From: Tubulanus polymorphus
Taxonomy: Eukaryota; Animalia; Nemertea
Assembly (NCBI RefSeq): GCF_964204645.1
Contig: NC_134032.1
Location: 13,194,275 to 13,258,274, forward strand
DNA: 64,000 bases
Reading direction: 5' to 3'
The notes beneath the pieces are model-generated. The model was given only the letters and a program-made list of their open reading frames with translations. It did not search any database and was not told the origin of the DNA. This document shows positions 49,923 through 63,778 of the stretch, piece by piece (the first letter of the stretch is position 1; every line of letters begins with the position of its first letter). A program made the translations under genes and the position numbers.

Positions 49923-52900
49923 ATATAACGCGTTCTCAAATGTTTTGATACTTTCTCAGTTTGTATCAAAAATATTGCTGATTTTAGGTCCTGAAAGTCC
50001 TGAAAAATGATAAATTTACAGTGTAAAATCGTACAAACGTGTCATCTATACCACAAAACACTTTATTTCCTGACCAATTTATGATGTTTTGTGTGGGCCA
50101 TAGACCTCAATATCTGCCTGTGATCTCAACTTTCAATTAAGATTACGTAAGCTACTCGTGCCCAAAACGCGGCAGGCGCACAATAGAAAGTTACGCGCAG
50201 GGTACTTTTATTGTCGCCGACATAGAGGACCGATATTTTGCTAATTGGATTCGGGAGGTTTAAACCTCCCAAGGTCAATTTACTAAAATTGTGACCTTCA
50301 GGGAGATTCTACGAAAGGCCGATCGTAATCAATTTTGGTTGAAGTTGATACCATAATGCTCACTGGTTTTAATGTCAAACCATGAAGTCCATATTTGGTA
50401 AGTTGTAAATTCTTAAAACCGAAAGAAAATCCCATTATTGGATCGAGTTTTCCTAATTACACGAATTACTTGAAATATCTAATAAATGAAATGTATACAC
50501 AATACCAATAAGAACAACCTGATTTGATTCTGTTCGGAATTCATTCCTATATTTTCGTCATAAAAATCGGAGGCAGTATTTCTCATTGATTTTTTCAATA
50601 GCGTCATTTCAGCCATGGACTGTAAAAAAACGTTACTGATTCCATGGTTAAGCTCGTTTTCGAGTCAAATATTGCATTTGATTCATTTCTCGTTGTGGTT
50701 TTGTCAAAGCTATATTTTCACATCACAGTCCGATCAGTTATACAAATAGCTAGTCAGTTACCAACGGTATAGCCAATAATCTACAGAACCACCCGAATAG
50801 CGAAAATTAGCAAATTGTACCAGTGATACCAGTTTTTGTCATGATTTTATCGAACATGTCATTCAATAATCGATGTGATCGGGTAAAAACTCGCCCCATA
50901 AAGGTCTCTTTCAGTAAAAATCCCCTAGTTAAATATACCCCAAGGTAAAGGCCCCTGGTAAAAAACCCGAATAAAGATTTTTCAGTGTCTAGTTGGATGT
51001 TCTTTTCTTGTTCCTCTGTATACCTGTATACCTTCTCTATCAGATAGAAATCTTGTTAACTGCAACTATCCGTTAATCAAACTGTTGAATTATTTTTGAT
51101 AATCGGGAGTGATGAAAAGTTAGGACTGAAAATTAACGGTTTAGCTACTTATATCTAGTTTAAAATCATGTGTTCTGCTTTAACAAATGCACTGTTGTAT
51201 CTAAAAATATTATTTGAACCGAGTGCCTCAATCAGGGCTACATCAACAGTCCATCTCACTGATTATTTCATCACAAATAATCACCAGCCATTGAAATGTT
51301 TAATCCTCATACAATACAATACAATTATCTCAAATCTAAATTTCATGAGATAAATGCTCCTAGATTTCATAGGTTTTATTCCAACTGTTGCGACGGTCAT
51401 ATCAAAACTGGACTATTCATATCAATAGACGTTAAACTGGACTGTTAATATATGAAAAGTCTTTAAGGCCATATCATATATCTGAAGTGCGCTATGTTTT
51501 GCCTTGCAGTAATAATTTGATTTGTCACATGATTACTCCATATCTTCATATAATTTCCAAATAAACGAATACATTTCCATTGTTATGTTAAATGACATCA
51601 GCAAAAGCAAATAGACACAAACTACTAAACTACTGTGTTTAGGATGGTTTAAGAGATTGGACGCCGATTGATACGAAAACTAGATTTCATGCAATCATTT
51701 TCTTTCTTTAAAATCGTTGCGAATTAACCCGCGAGTGTTCGACCCTGGACGAACGGTTAATGGAATTTTATCGGGTTAGTCTTTCTATAGCCGACTAGCT
51801 ATTGAATACCAGTGATTAAACCATAAGTAAATAACGAAGTTACTTGGGATGTTTAATTAATTGATGACAATGTACAAGTAAAACCAGGCCTATGAGACAC
51901 CCGTAATGTAAAATGATATCATGCAAGATATTCATATAAGCGTATTTTAGTCCTGATTTGAATGAATGTACCCACATTTTAGGCAATGAATCGAGACTTG
52001 GTTTTATCCCATAGCGTCAGCGCTAGTACATGCTTGAGATGAGATTGTTGGTTTATATTTTGAACTCTGTAAAGAAGTTTTGTACATTTAAGCGTGAATG
52101 ACGCACTGTGATGAACTATTGTACGAAATAACATATTAAATTCAATGAAAGAATCTTAATGTTCCAAAAGGAATAATATAAGTGTAGTTAAGATTAATAG
52201 TTGTTTTTTTTTCTTAATGAAAACCGATGATATAAAATAATTTAGGTTATTATCCCCAAAGTGAAAATCCCCAGGTAAAATATTCCCAATATTTGATTTA
52301 ACTAACATAAAATCAACACAATTTATTATGTTTAAAAAATCATAACTCATAGATTCTAGATTTTATTGCACTTATTGACCGAACGTTTGATGAGGAATAA
52401 CTACTGTGGTTAGATACAATTCTTATTCTTAGGATACGAATCGGTTGATTGAATTCGGTCATTTAAACTACTGGCTAATTTACAGTGGTCACTATTGAAA
52501 CGATTAATTGAAGTGCCCTTGAAATCAAGATAGATTCCTGTTGCGTAAATTAACTAATTTTCAAGCGACCACCTTCTATTGTCGGAATTCGGTTAGCTCT
52601 TGGTTAGCCAGAAGTTTTACCATAAAGACTCAGACTAGATGATTGAATTAAATCTTTGAATCAAAATATTGTCACTGGAGTAAACATATATTCCTTATTA
52701 CACTTTCAGCAAATTTAAGTTGTTCAAAACCAACATGAAAATGAGAAGAAAATACACAATATCCGTGTATGGTGAATAATGAGACAAATCCCACAATGAA
52801 TTCAGCTAAAAATCAAATGTTCTACGAGCAATGTTTCGGCTAATGCTATTAGCCATCATCAGGCCCCCGTCAACATGAACATATTGATACGTAAATCGAA

Positions 52901-55900
52901 TCCATATCATAAGCATACTATACCACAAGTAAAAAAGAGTTATTTATTTCGAATTAAAAGATAGTATGAATAAAAATATGAAAAGATAGTATGAATAAAA
53001 AGTTCATTAATTTCATTTATTCTATGAATTTATTTAAAGATTTATTTCAACAAAATAGTTCAATGCACAGTTCAAATATATTGCAGTTGTATTGTGGAGG
53101 AATATGTTTGAATAAATATCGTGCTTTCAAATGTTCTTGATCGTCAAGTGAGGATTTTACCTAGGGGATTTCTACCTACAACCATCTAAAATGCCCCAGG
53201 CTCTAAATCCAGTAGGTTTATGGCGAAAGGTTAAGATTAGGAATGTATTAGCAATATAATTTTTTGAAACAGTATTTTGTCTCCCGATGATTTGATTTGC
53301 AGGTCAGACTTATTGTTGACCAAAGTTCTTAGAGTGAATTGCTTTAAAGTAATAAATATCAATGAAACAATATCATAAATTTTGAAGTGAGTTATTTTGT
53401 AATAATCCAATTTAAGTGCACTCCGATGCATGCTAAATTCTTATAAATTCATTTATTAATTCAATTTATACATTTTCCCTCCTCACTTATTCATTCTATA
53501 TTAGTTTTACTAATGAAGATAACAGTGACTTGTGCCTAATGTCAATAAGCAGCGATTGGGTGCCGCCTCTCTGTGTTAATCTATCACGAAAGATTTAACT
53601 CGTTTAGAGCCGCTGAAAACGTATTTCTTTGCAGCCTAGAGTTTATGCATACATGTTCTAAATCAAGACAATATGCTCTACCCGGTATATCAGAGCCTAT
53701 ACTAAAGCATGCACTCATAATTCGTTTAAGAGTCCGAGGCTTAATTGTGAGAGTTGTTATACAATGAGTAATTAAATGGTGGGATTACAATGGGAGAGAT
53801 CATTTCATCAGCCACATCGTTGCCCCAGGGAGTTAGTCATATTTGTTATAGCCAAGTACCTTGACCATGGACTCTAAAACGTTTTAATGTCTAAATCGTT
53901 TTAGAGTCCATGACTTGACAGAATATAGAAATTTGCCCAGAAAAAGTTATGCATATTTCAACAAAAAAGAATCGATAAAGACTTATATTATTTGAATTTA
54001 AATGAAGAGACGAGTAGTAGTTTAAAGGTTAACTATTTATTCCGACGCACGAGCTTTCGCTTCTAATATATAGAAGCTTCAATGAGTGAATTATTAGAAT
54101 TGGTACATTTAGTAAATTTCGGAAACAAAACCTAGTCTTAAGAACTACCAAGTTTCAAAGAATTTTGTTCCCTTATGATATTGAATGGTGTGAAATTGAA
54201 GTGTCCCTAATGAAATATCTTTATGTAAGTTCAACTAACTTACCCAGTTAGTGATGATAGTTGAATAATTAACAAAATAATAGTTGGAATATCGTTTAGG
54301 ACAAATTAGGATTTTACCGGGTAAGTTTTTTCCTAATAGGCTACCTTTTTGAAGAGCATGCATCCTGAGATACGAATACAAAAATTCGTTTGACGCTAAA
54401 TGCAGAGTTTTCACGGTAGAAGATATTTGGACATCAATTAATCACGTGCAGGGGATGAAATGACAATTTGTCACTGCTGAGCTTATTTTCCTTCACTGAA
54501 CTTTTTCTAAGTTTTTTCAATATTCTCTAATCCGACAGTATATACGCTGCGTACTAACTGTACACAATTTCGGGTTTGGGTTGTTTTTGAAAAAAAAACA
54601 GATACCCAGAAAATTGTAATTTTTGGGTTCTTGAAAACGGTCAATATGTTATAGCAGGTTAATGTAAAACCGCATAGAATAGCTACAATAAACAACATGT
54701 ATCCAGGAAAATATATATTTCAGAACACGATCGATTTCACTGAATTTAGCCTCATCATGTAGGATAAAATGAACTTCTTTTGATATTGCGATTGTGCTGT
54801 CGTTAGCTGTCCCATAGCTTATTCGACTCGCTATCGAAAGTAACACAACAATGGTCACATGTGTCAATGAACTTATCGCTATTCGAAGTAATGTGCGTAT
54901 TGAAAAATTTCTCAAGCACTTCGAATTTCCGATTGCTTAAACGCCAAATTTGCATTCGAAATATTAAGCCGATTTATTCTAATTCATACCTGGTCGTGTT
55001 ATAAGCAATTCAAGCGTTTAGTTTGTACTTTGAAATAAAATGAAATAGATTGATTGATGAAATACAAATCAAGTCAAACAAACTCAACTAACTGACTACT
55101 GCTGAGTTATTTGTATTTGATGAAAGAACATATTGTAGTTACTGACATTGGCTCGAACCTTGATTATTGTCTAAGTTGTACTATAACTAACATGCCAATG
55201 GATGTGTACATGCGCCTCTCTGATTGGCTAGAATCCTTGCATTCGATAGAAACTGACGGCATCAGTGAACTAACGGGGAAATTAGAATTGTATGTTTGAC
55301 CACGGATTCTTCGTTTTTGAGTCCATGGTTTTGGCTCTGGTTTTATCGTGAGTTTGATTAACGTACATTGTAGAGAACAATGGTGGGGATTCGAATAACG
55401 TGCATCCTTTATTCAGAAAGAGTATCATTACGTATATACATATAGAAATTATTACAATAACTTTAATCAGAATTATCTCATCACGCAGAACCAGTGAAAT
55501 AGCCGTTGTAAAGCCGCAAAGTAAATTGAATGAATGAGTAGTGCTCACGCATTTGTTTCCATTTCATAAGAATCAATTCCAAACAGATGAATCAGATTCG
55601 AATTTTTGCTTCTTCGTTATGCGAAGTTTTTTTTGTTTATATCGGGGACTCTTATATGATTTAGGTTTTAGAGTCCATGGTTATATGAATATCTTATGAT
55701 TTCTCAACTTTCATCAAATACTTAGGAATGCCATTGAAAGATTTTCAAACCATTGAACGTTTGGGTAAAAGGTTCTGCTAAATTTGATTACCATCGGCTT
55801 TTTAGATAATTTCCACGAAGGTCACAATTTTAGTGATTTGACCTTGGGAGGTTTAAACCTCCCGAATCCAATTTGCGAAATATCGGTCCTCTTTGTCGGC

Positions 55901-56190
55901 GGTAATGAAAGAATACATAGAGCGAAGTTTCTATTGAGCGCCGGCCGCATTTTGTTCACGAATAGCTTACGTAATAAATTGAAAGTCGAGATCACAGGCG
56001 GATATAGCGCTCTATGGCCCACGCTCAATTCATAAACTGGTCCGCAAATAAAGTGTTAAGAAGTATAATTGACACGTTTGTACGATTTTGCGCTGTAAAT
56101 TTATCATTTTTCAGGACTCAAGGACCAGAAATTGGCAATATTTTTGATACAAACTGAGAAAGTATCAAAACATTTGGGAACGTGTTATAT
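49923..56190. mobile_element. Putative ~6.3-kb non-autonomous DNA transposon with ~415-bp imperfect TIRs
   Basis: 49923-50340 is the diverged reverse complement of 55775-56190 (ATATAACGCGTTCTCAAATGTTTTGATACTTTCTCAG / CTGAGAAAGTATCAAAACATTTGGGAACGTGTTATAT). No coding signal inside. Confidence 0.65.
52824..52870 (-). ncRNA. Minimal hammerhead ribozyme motif (Penelope-like remnant)
   Basis: Minus strand: gggc-CUGAUGA-u-ggcuaau-agc-auuagcc-GAAA-CA-UU-gcuc. Shares the flank ATCCGTGT...AATCCCAC with the 2016 and 41496 copies. Confidence 0.6.
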
Positions 56191-57732
56191 TCGTTGGAAA
56201 TTAAGTATAGACATCAAGTAGTCGGGAGAGGCATATTTACGTTTAGGTCAAACTGATAGTGTTTGAAGGTCGTCAGAGTTTGTAATAATATTGTTCAGAC
56301 CTAGTTCGTAGATTATTCAAATCAGTTTTTTTAAGTCAAGAGACTAACACCGTATCATCGGTTTTCAATAGGTTTCAAAATCAATCGTAGCGTTGATCAG
56401 AACGTTTGGGTTCGAACCCCCAATTACTGTCAAATATGAAAAGTTACCTTTTTTCTGCTAGGAAAATTCACTTATAATCCGAGTTTTTTCGATCGGAAAC
56501 TAAACACGATTTCGATCCGATCTCGAAAAACCTTGAAATCAGAAAATTCGCTTTGTCTTTACTTCTTCAGAGCAATAAAGAGCTCTTCGATTGGCTCGTA
56601 TCCGAGGCATTAACGAAAAATGACCAATGAGAATTAGCGACACATCAACGGACCCGTGGGCTGTTGTCTGTTCTTATTCTAGGATTCAGAAATTGTGTAA
56701 TGTAGCCTATTAACGATTGAGGCAATTACAGAAAAATAAACGACTCAACACTCAGTATGTCAATAACGAACTTTATTCAATAAACAATTTCCGATGTCCG
56801 TTGTTTTTATATAATTAGAATGACTTTCTTTAGATGAAAACTCATTACGCTTCTCTTCGATTCTATTAACACGATTTGCTATCTTTTAATTTCATGAGGT
56901 TTTTTTTTCAACCATTCGCTGCTATTTTAGATGTTTTTTCGGCCGAAAATAATTTCGCAGTCGAGGTATTGGATAGGAGACGTCTCTGGAGTCCGTAGAA
57001 GGCAGGCGAATGTTTGGACGGGTTACGGAAAAGTCTATGGAGCCCGCAGGAGAGGGTACAGTGGAATTTTCGGACGGTTTGCGGAGTTAAGTCTGGGACC
57101 TGTAACCGTTACAGTCCTACTAACGACGTTTGAAGGCAGGCGAATTAAACTTCCCCAGCACACCTACCAAAAGTACATAAGTTTGTAGTTTGAAACTACT
57201 TATAGCGATTTTTTAACCAAAATGAGTTAATTTCTCAAAAAAAACAAGAAAATTAACAGACTAAACAAATATATATATGTAAATAATAAAAATAAACAAG
57301 TATATATATACAACTTAAAGCGAATCAATCTTTAAATCGACACCGTCGGCCTTGCACTCATTAAATAAATGTGTCCGCACCGGCTCCATTTATACGTTCC
57401 GTACTAAAATCTATCGGGGGGCCGAGGCTTTGGTGCTGAGCGCCGTCGAGTTAGCTAAAGCTTCGACACTAAAGCAACCAACCCGGGCGAACTTCGGTTT
57501 TCGTATCAACGTAGTCAACTTCGGCGGTTTACTCGAGCTCTCAACGACACCGACTTTTACACTGCCACGCGAGCGCGTAGTAATAAAGTGTTTTTGTATT
57601 GTATTTATTGTCCGAACCGTACTCCGGGGGAAAACCAGGAATATATCCAATTTACTTCCGTGTTGATAAGATAAGCGATATGTTAAAACGACAAGTCGGT
57701 GGTGATTGTTTATAGTGTGTTAGTTTGAAACA

Positions 57733-57947
57733 ATGTCGCAACAGGGCTCTAGTTCGGCCGGCAAACCGAGAAAACATCGATGCAGTTCGTTAGTCGTTCA
57801 AGTCGACGCGGAAGGGGAGATTACTCCGCTTTTACCAGCCGGTGATGGAGGTCCTTCGCACAGCATCAATTTTATCCCGGATTCGGATACGACGGAGGTC
57901 GGGGATGGTGGTTCTGCTGCTGAACTCGCTGATGGAAATAGAGGAGG
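57733..57947 (+). CDS. First coding exon of an unidentified gene (rest not found in window)
   Basis: ACAATG start, GC-richer 71-codon frame, ends at GG|GTAAGT. Contains the EITPLL dileucine-type motif. Confidence 0.6.
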
Positions 57948-60049
57948 GTAAGTCGAATTGTTTTCTTTTATTCTGGGCGGTGCGTGTATCCTATCCTGAC
58001 ATGCTCGTAGCATGGAATAGACCATATGAACCACCAGCTGGTGCAACTTGACAACCCCACGTCGTGGCGCCTGGAAAGTATATGTATCATGTGGTTGTCT
58101 ACTGTGAAGCAGTCCTGTCATTGTATAGCCAGGGAATGTTCTCGACTCGGTAGACAGGGGCTCATAAACTGGTTTGCATTTTATTCCCAGGTTGTTGATA
58201 ATCTCGCAAAAACAGCGTTAAATCTAATGAACTGCAAATGTGGCATAATATGGCTGAAACGCGTTGTTTTTATATTGTTTATTTATCATAACTCGTAACA
58301 GCGCATAAATAAACAATATTTCTGTATTTCTGTGATATTTTGAATTAATTTGCAGTTTAAATTTAGTACCATTCGTGCGAAATTATCAGCATCCTTGAAA
58401 TGAAAGCAGTTAACGAGCCTATGTGCTCGCTAATTGATCATGGTTGAGTTTGGGTTTTGAATTGTGCTAACATTAAGTACGTTGACCCAATGAAATAAGC
58501 TAACTTTTAGCCCCCTCATCATCCTCAATATATACAGACCCTCTCCTCCCTCACCGGTGTCTCGTTCTTTGATTCAGTAGTTTGCGTTTACCTGGAGTCG
58601 ATTGCCTCGACAGATTCAAGTTTAGGAATTTCTCTTTTGATGGGGCTAGTCAGGACCGGAAATTGGAACCTAAATCCGCCATGTTTTAGTTCATGAAAAT
58701 CTCTGGTTTCAGCCACATAGCATAAAATATTTTACATACTATATAGGCCTAAATCGTCACGCGCACATGACATCGTCACAATGCGTTGGATACTATAAGA
58801 CCTGACAATTACAAATTCTTCTAACTGTACTCCACTTATGTGATAAAGACCTTGAATCCAACTGCCCCAGAATTTGCAAACCTTTATGAAGAGAATTTAT
58901 CTGTCCCGTCGGCTCCAGGGCAAGCAGAGTCCACTGTACATAGAAAGCTGCTTATCCTGAATATATAAGGTTTAAAATGGAACAAAGAAATGCTAAACCT
59001 AACAAGCAGAGTCCACTGTATATTGGAAGCTGCTTGTTCTGAATAGGGTTCGACATTGAGGGATAAAAACTGCATTTATTTTACCGTTTTCAAACATATT
59101 TCTACGCAGGCATCAGTCGAATAGTAGTTTTAATTGTAAGTGTTTTATTATATTTTACGGTTATGGATAATTTGCACAGAGACCTGTCATGACTATACAA
59201 ACTATTTTATAGCGGGTTTAGCCGGAGTATTTATAGACTTTGTGACAATTCTCTGGGCTTTTGTACTGTGTTTTTACCCGATTTAGGAATTTAGTCCCAG
59301 CGGGCTATTACGTTCACTTTTTGTTGTCCGCTGGTATAGACGGAATCCAGTTATTTTGGGAGGTTTTGAAGACTCTTCTATGGATTGTCTTAATATTTGG
59401 TTATACATGTATCTACCCTAGATACATCTTCAGCCCAAAAACTGGCCCAGTCAGAATCAAGATGGCTGACTCACGGTTGTTGTTCGCCGAAATCAGCACT
59501 TTTTACCCATTTTTGAAGTTTTCAAGAAAATTTTTCTGATCGTTGAGCATTGCAATCCACTCCCCAAGTGGGCATGGTGTCCTTGGACCCCTAGTTCAGT
59601 TTCTAATTTTAATAACACATTATCGTTTGGTGAAAATTAACGTGGTTCGGTTCCAAATCATAAAACCCTGTGTTAAATGTGTGAGTTTATGTCATGTTTT
59701 ATCTGATGATGCTTAACTGAGTTCCATTGATTCTGTTAGTATCTTGACGATATTATGAACATAGCTTATTATTTAGACGCTCTAATGCACATACTTTTAA
59801 TAGTTCTCATTAACAATAGTCAGCTTTCTAACGACCAAACTAACTGCTGTTTATGAGTTAATCAGCCTGTTACAGTAACTGAAGTCGTTGGTTGGAATTT
59901 CAATAACTGCAATATCTGCTCTTATTATAGACAATATCAGACGTTGCCATTTCACAATCAATAACCTATTGTGTCTGTCTTAATCAATCCGTAAGGTGAG
60001 AGCCGGTTCACCAATGACCATTAGTGTCTCACTGCGGCTATGAGAAGAA

Positions 60050-60640
60050 GTGTTCTCACCAAGCACCTGCTGTGACTGTTCTACTCGCTGCTCTCCCGCT
60101 ACAGCTGTGAGGGGAGGGGGTTCACTGAGAACCTGCTGTGACTGTTCTACTCGCTGCTCTCCCGCTACAGCTGTGAGGGGAGGGGGTTCACTGAGAACCT
60201 GCTGTGACTGTTCTACTCGCTGCTCTCCCGCTACAGCTGTGAGGGGAGGGGGTTAACCGAGAACCTGCTGTGACTGTTCTACTCGCTGCTCTCCCGCTAC
60301 AGCTGTGAGGGGAGGGGGTTCACCGAGAACCTAATGTGACTGTTCTTCTTGCTGCTCTCGCGCTACAGCTGTGAGGGGAGGGGGTTCACCGAGAACCTAA
60401 TGTGACTGTTCTACTCGCTGCTCTCCCGCTACAGCTGTGAGGGGAGGGGGTTCACCGAGAACCTGATGTGACTGTTCTTCTTGCTGCTCTCGCGCTACAG
60501 CTGTGAGGGCAGGGGGTTCACTGAGAACCTGCTGTGACTGTTCTACTCGCTACTCTCCCACTACAGCTGTGAGGGGAGGGGGTTCACCGAAAACCTATTG
60601 TGACTGTTCTTCTCGTTGCTCTCGCGCTACAGTTGTACGG
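60050..60640. repeat. 66-bp GC-rich minisatellite, about 9 copies
   Basis: ACCTGCTGTG recurs at 60065, 60131, 60197 and onward. Confidence 0.92.
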
Positions 60641-63600
60641 GAAGTTTCCAAAATCAGATATCAATGCAAAAAACTTACCACCTAACTCCACCATATATCC
60701 TAACCTCACCGCGTAACCATAACCTAAACATATGCACATGGATACACTATTTACTACTTAAATCTGACTTGGGCGCAATTCGAGAGATTATGGACGTATA
60801 TATGTGTGAATGTGAGATGAAATACCAGGCATCTTTGTTCGGAATATACTTAATACGGCGAACATGATGTGATTAAGGGAATGTCAGGAACAGGAACTAA
60901 GATACGAAATCGCTAAGAGACGGCGGTAACTGCAGAGACAATGTTTTCTCAGTTGGCTCGAAAGGAGGAAAATTATGAATAGAAATTATTCGTCACCAAA
61001 CACGACCAAGGGAACGAAGTGTGAAGGATTCCAAAGGATAGATTATTGTGTAGATCTATGTACTATTAATATTATCGTTCAACAAATATAAGTCCCACAA
61101 TCACTAAAAACTTAATTATCAAAAATCCGATTTTTTTATTTTCAACTTTTCAAGGATTGTATTCAAAAATGGTTTCCTAGCTGAGAACCGAAAATTCGGA
61201 ATTTTTAAAATAAATTTTAACGCTTCGATATTCTTACTTTTCGACTTCATGATTGTGGGACTTGTCAATCAGTGGAGATAATATTATTCGAACCTGATGG
61301 TTAATAATAATCAATCATGAATATAAAATGAATATGAAAGATTATTGAATTTGTAGCTATATATTATTTCATGCTGTAAACGCGATTCACGTTTTGTGTA
61401 TAAGTATTATGTGCGCATATCAACGTGAAATCAAGATCGTAGATAGAGAATTTGTCGCAAATTTCAAGTGTTTGCCCTTAAGTAAACTGCAGTATGGAGA
61501 CCGGAACAAGAAAGTGTCATTAAGATAAACAGTTTGCGCGCTGAGGACCTCGATATCCGTTATCCGCATAAACTCGACCTAAACGCGTTTGATAAAATGA
61601 CCGAGTGGTTATTATGTAACCGCCTGGTCGATAACGCGAGCGCATAAATCAAGAATTTTGTTTCCTGAAATAGATAGATAGATTTTATGAATTTGTTGAG
61701 AATTTTGAATGTAGTTACCCGCTGTATATAGCATAACCATTGACGAAATACTCTCATCCTGATAGTCACCAAGGGCCAGTTGCACGTCGTGACTTCAAGT
61801 CAAAAAGTGGTCTTAAATCTTTAGACTGATCTTTAGTTGTTATATTTGCTATAGAACTAAGTTGGTCTTAGACTGGTCTATAGTCTAAGCCATGGCTGTG
61901 CAACCGGCCCAAGTATTCCTAAAGATGACTATCAAAAGATGACTATTGGGATATAGATCTCGGGGAGGGAGTTCATATAGTTAGAAATCCATAGTTTATC
62001 AAGAACAGTCCAAATCTAATTTTCTAATGAGTAAACAAAATTATAGGATATAGTCTAAACGTCGAATGGATATAAGCTCAACGAAACATTTCGTATACTC
62101 TTTTTAGTCGTGAAATGGGATTTTATATTATTGTGACTGCTGTATTCGGCTTAATCCGCAATAGTTCATTTTGTCCACCAATATACATAAAATTATTTAA
62201 ATCTGGATTTCCCGTAAACCGTTTAAGTTGTATTGGTCCTGATCCGAATTAACGGATTCTATGTGATTTTTGTGTTTTTTATGTTTTTAAGTGTTTTTAT
62301 TTTTTTCGTATTATATACATGTATATTTGTAAGAATTTTTCCCTCCATTTACGGAGTGGTCGGAGTGCAATAAATAAACTAATCTTAATCATAATCTCAA
62401 CGTCATTCAATCAAATTCGAACCGGATTTCGAGACAAATGATAACCAAACGAGCCATTTCAGGATGTTACAGAAGGACTTCATGCCCCGGCGAAAAAAAT
62501 GACGAACTATTGAAGATGTATAAAGTCGTTGTTCTGTAAAAAACGGGAACCCTTCATTCAAATCATGTATATTTTCTGCCCGTATATACGTATTCTTCAG
62601 AATGTGGAGGACGCTTGACTCAAATATTCGTATTTACCGATTTTCTTGCCGGCCCCCTCTACATACGTAACCTATTACGGTGGTGCATGAGAAAGTATTG
62701 CGGTGATCTTTTCGAAGTTCTTCTGATTTCTGTCGCCTGAAAGGATTTCTCAAATTGAACACCGCTGCGGCTGGTGGTCAACCGGATTACGAAAAAGGAG
62801 GTGAAATGTACATGGATTTCCCGCTAGATGGCGTATGGTAAAATGAAATTTATTGAAACTTCACAGTCGTGGATCAAGATAGTTATCTAAGTTGTCTTAA
62901 AATCTATTTGTAACGAAAATAGGCTTCGATTTGTTTCTAAACTAAGAACTAAGCCGGGCTCACACTAGTCTTAAGATGTTAGATTGATTATACATGTCGA
63001 TTTAAACTTGGCTTGGACTGGTCTCGAGTTGTTAGATTGACAGTATGATATATAACTTTAGCTAGCTCACAATACAGTCCGATCTTTGTCGTTAGAAAGT
63101 TCAAAGGTTGATGATATATTGATAGGAAGTAGAACTGAATTTAGTTTTAATTGCCTTGTATACTCGCTTCCAATGCCGCGCCACATGTTGAGGTATTCGC
63201 CTTTTTGATTAATATCAATCTGATGTGAAAAAAAACCCAACTTCTCCGTTCCGTTTCGTGTTACGGGATACACTAAATAACGGATACACTAAATAACCGG
63301 GGAGAATCCAGAGAAGAATTTTCTGAGTGTCCATTTTTTCTGGCCCCGATTTTTGATACGTTTTTTCGTTAATATTTGCATAGTTTTCAAAGTTTCCAAA
63401 TGGTAGGTGGTGAGATAAGATGTCAAAAGAAAGTCACCGAAAGAAGGCTAGATTTTCGCGCGTGGAGTGTCCTTTTTTCTGCGCGCCCCCCTTTGAAAGG
63501 AAATCCTATATTCGTCCCTGAATAAGCGTTCTGAAACGAAATGATGAAACTTAATACAACGAAAATACATAACGCTTTGATATCTAATTAGAAAAACGAC

Positions 63601-63699
63601 AACAATGAAAAGCATTGACAAAACACCTAATCCATGTTGTGACGTTGATACAGAAGATTCCACGGTAAAAAAAAAAGAAAAAATAAATTAGTTTTTATT

Positions 63700-63778
63700 C
63701 AGTATCCTAAAAGTCATCTTATCGGTAATCCAGTTTTCCTGAAGATGGATATTAGGATACAGTCGAAACGTTGATAAA
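63700..63778 (+). repeat. Degenerate copy of the inverted hammerhead repeat
   Basis: CTGAAGA-t-ggatat-taggat-acagtc-GAAACGTT at 63739-63772 with damaged stem II, preceded by the inverted remnant TATCCTAAAAGTCATCTT. Confidence 0.55.

Noticed and set aside
60050-60685. Cys-rich repeat protein (TCCDCSTRCSPATAVRGGGSLR)n
   Set aside because: Product of a 66-bp minisatellite; stops occur in several units and there is no start or splice support.
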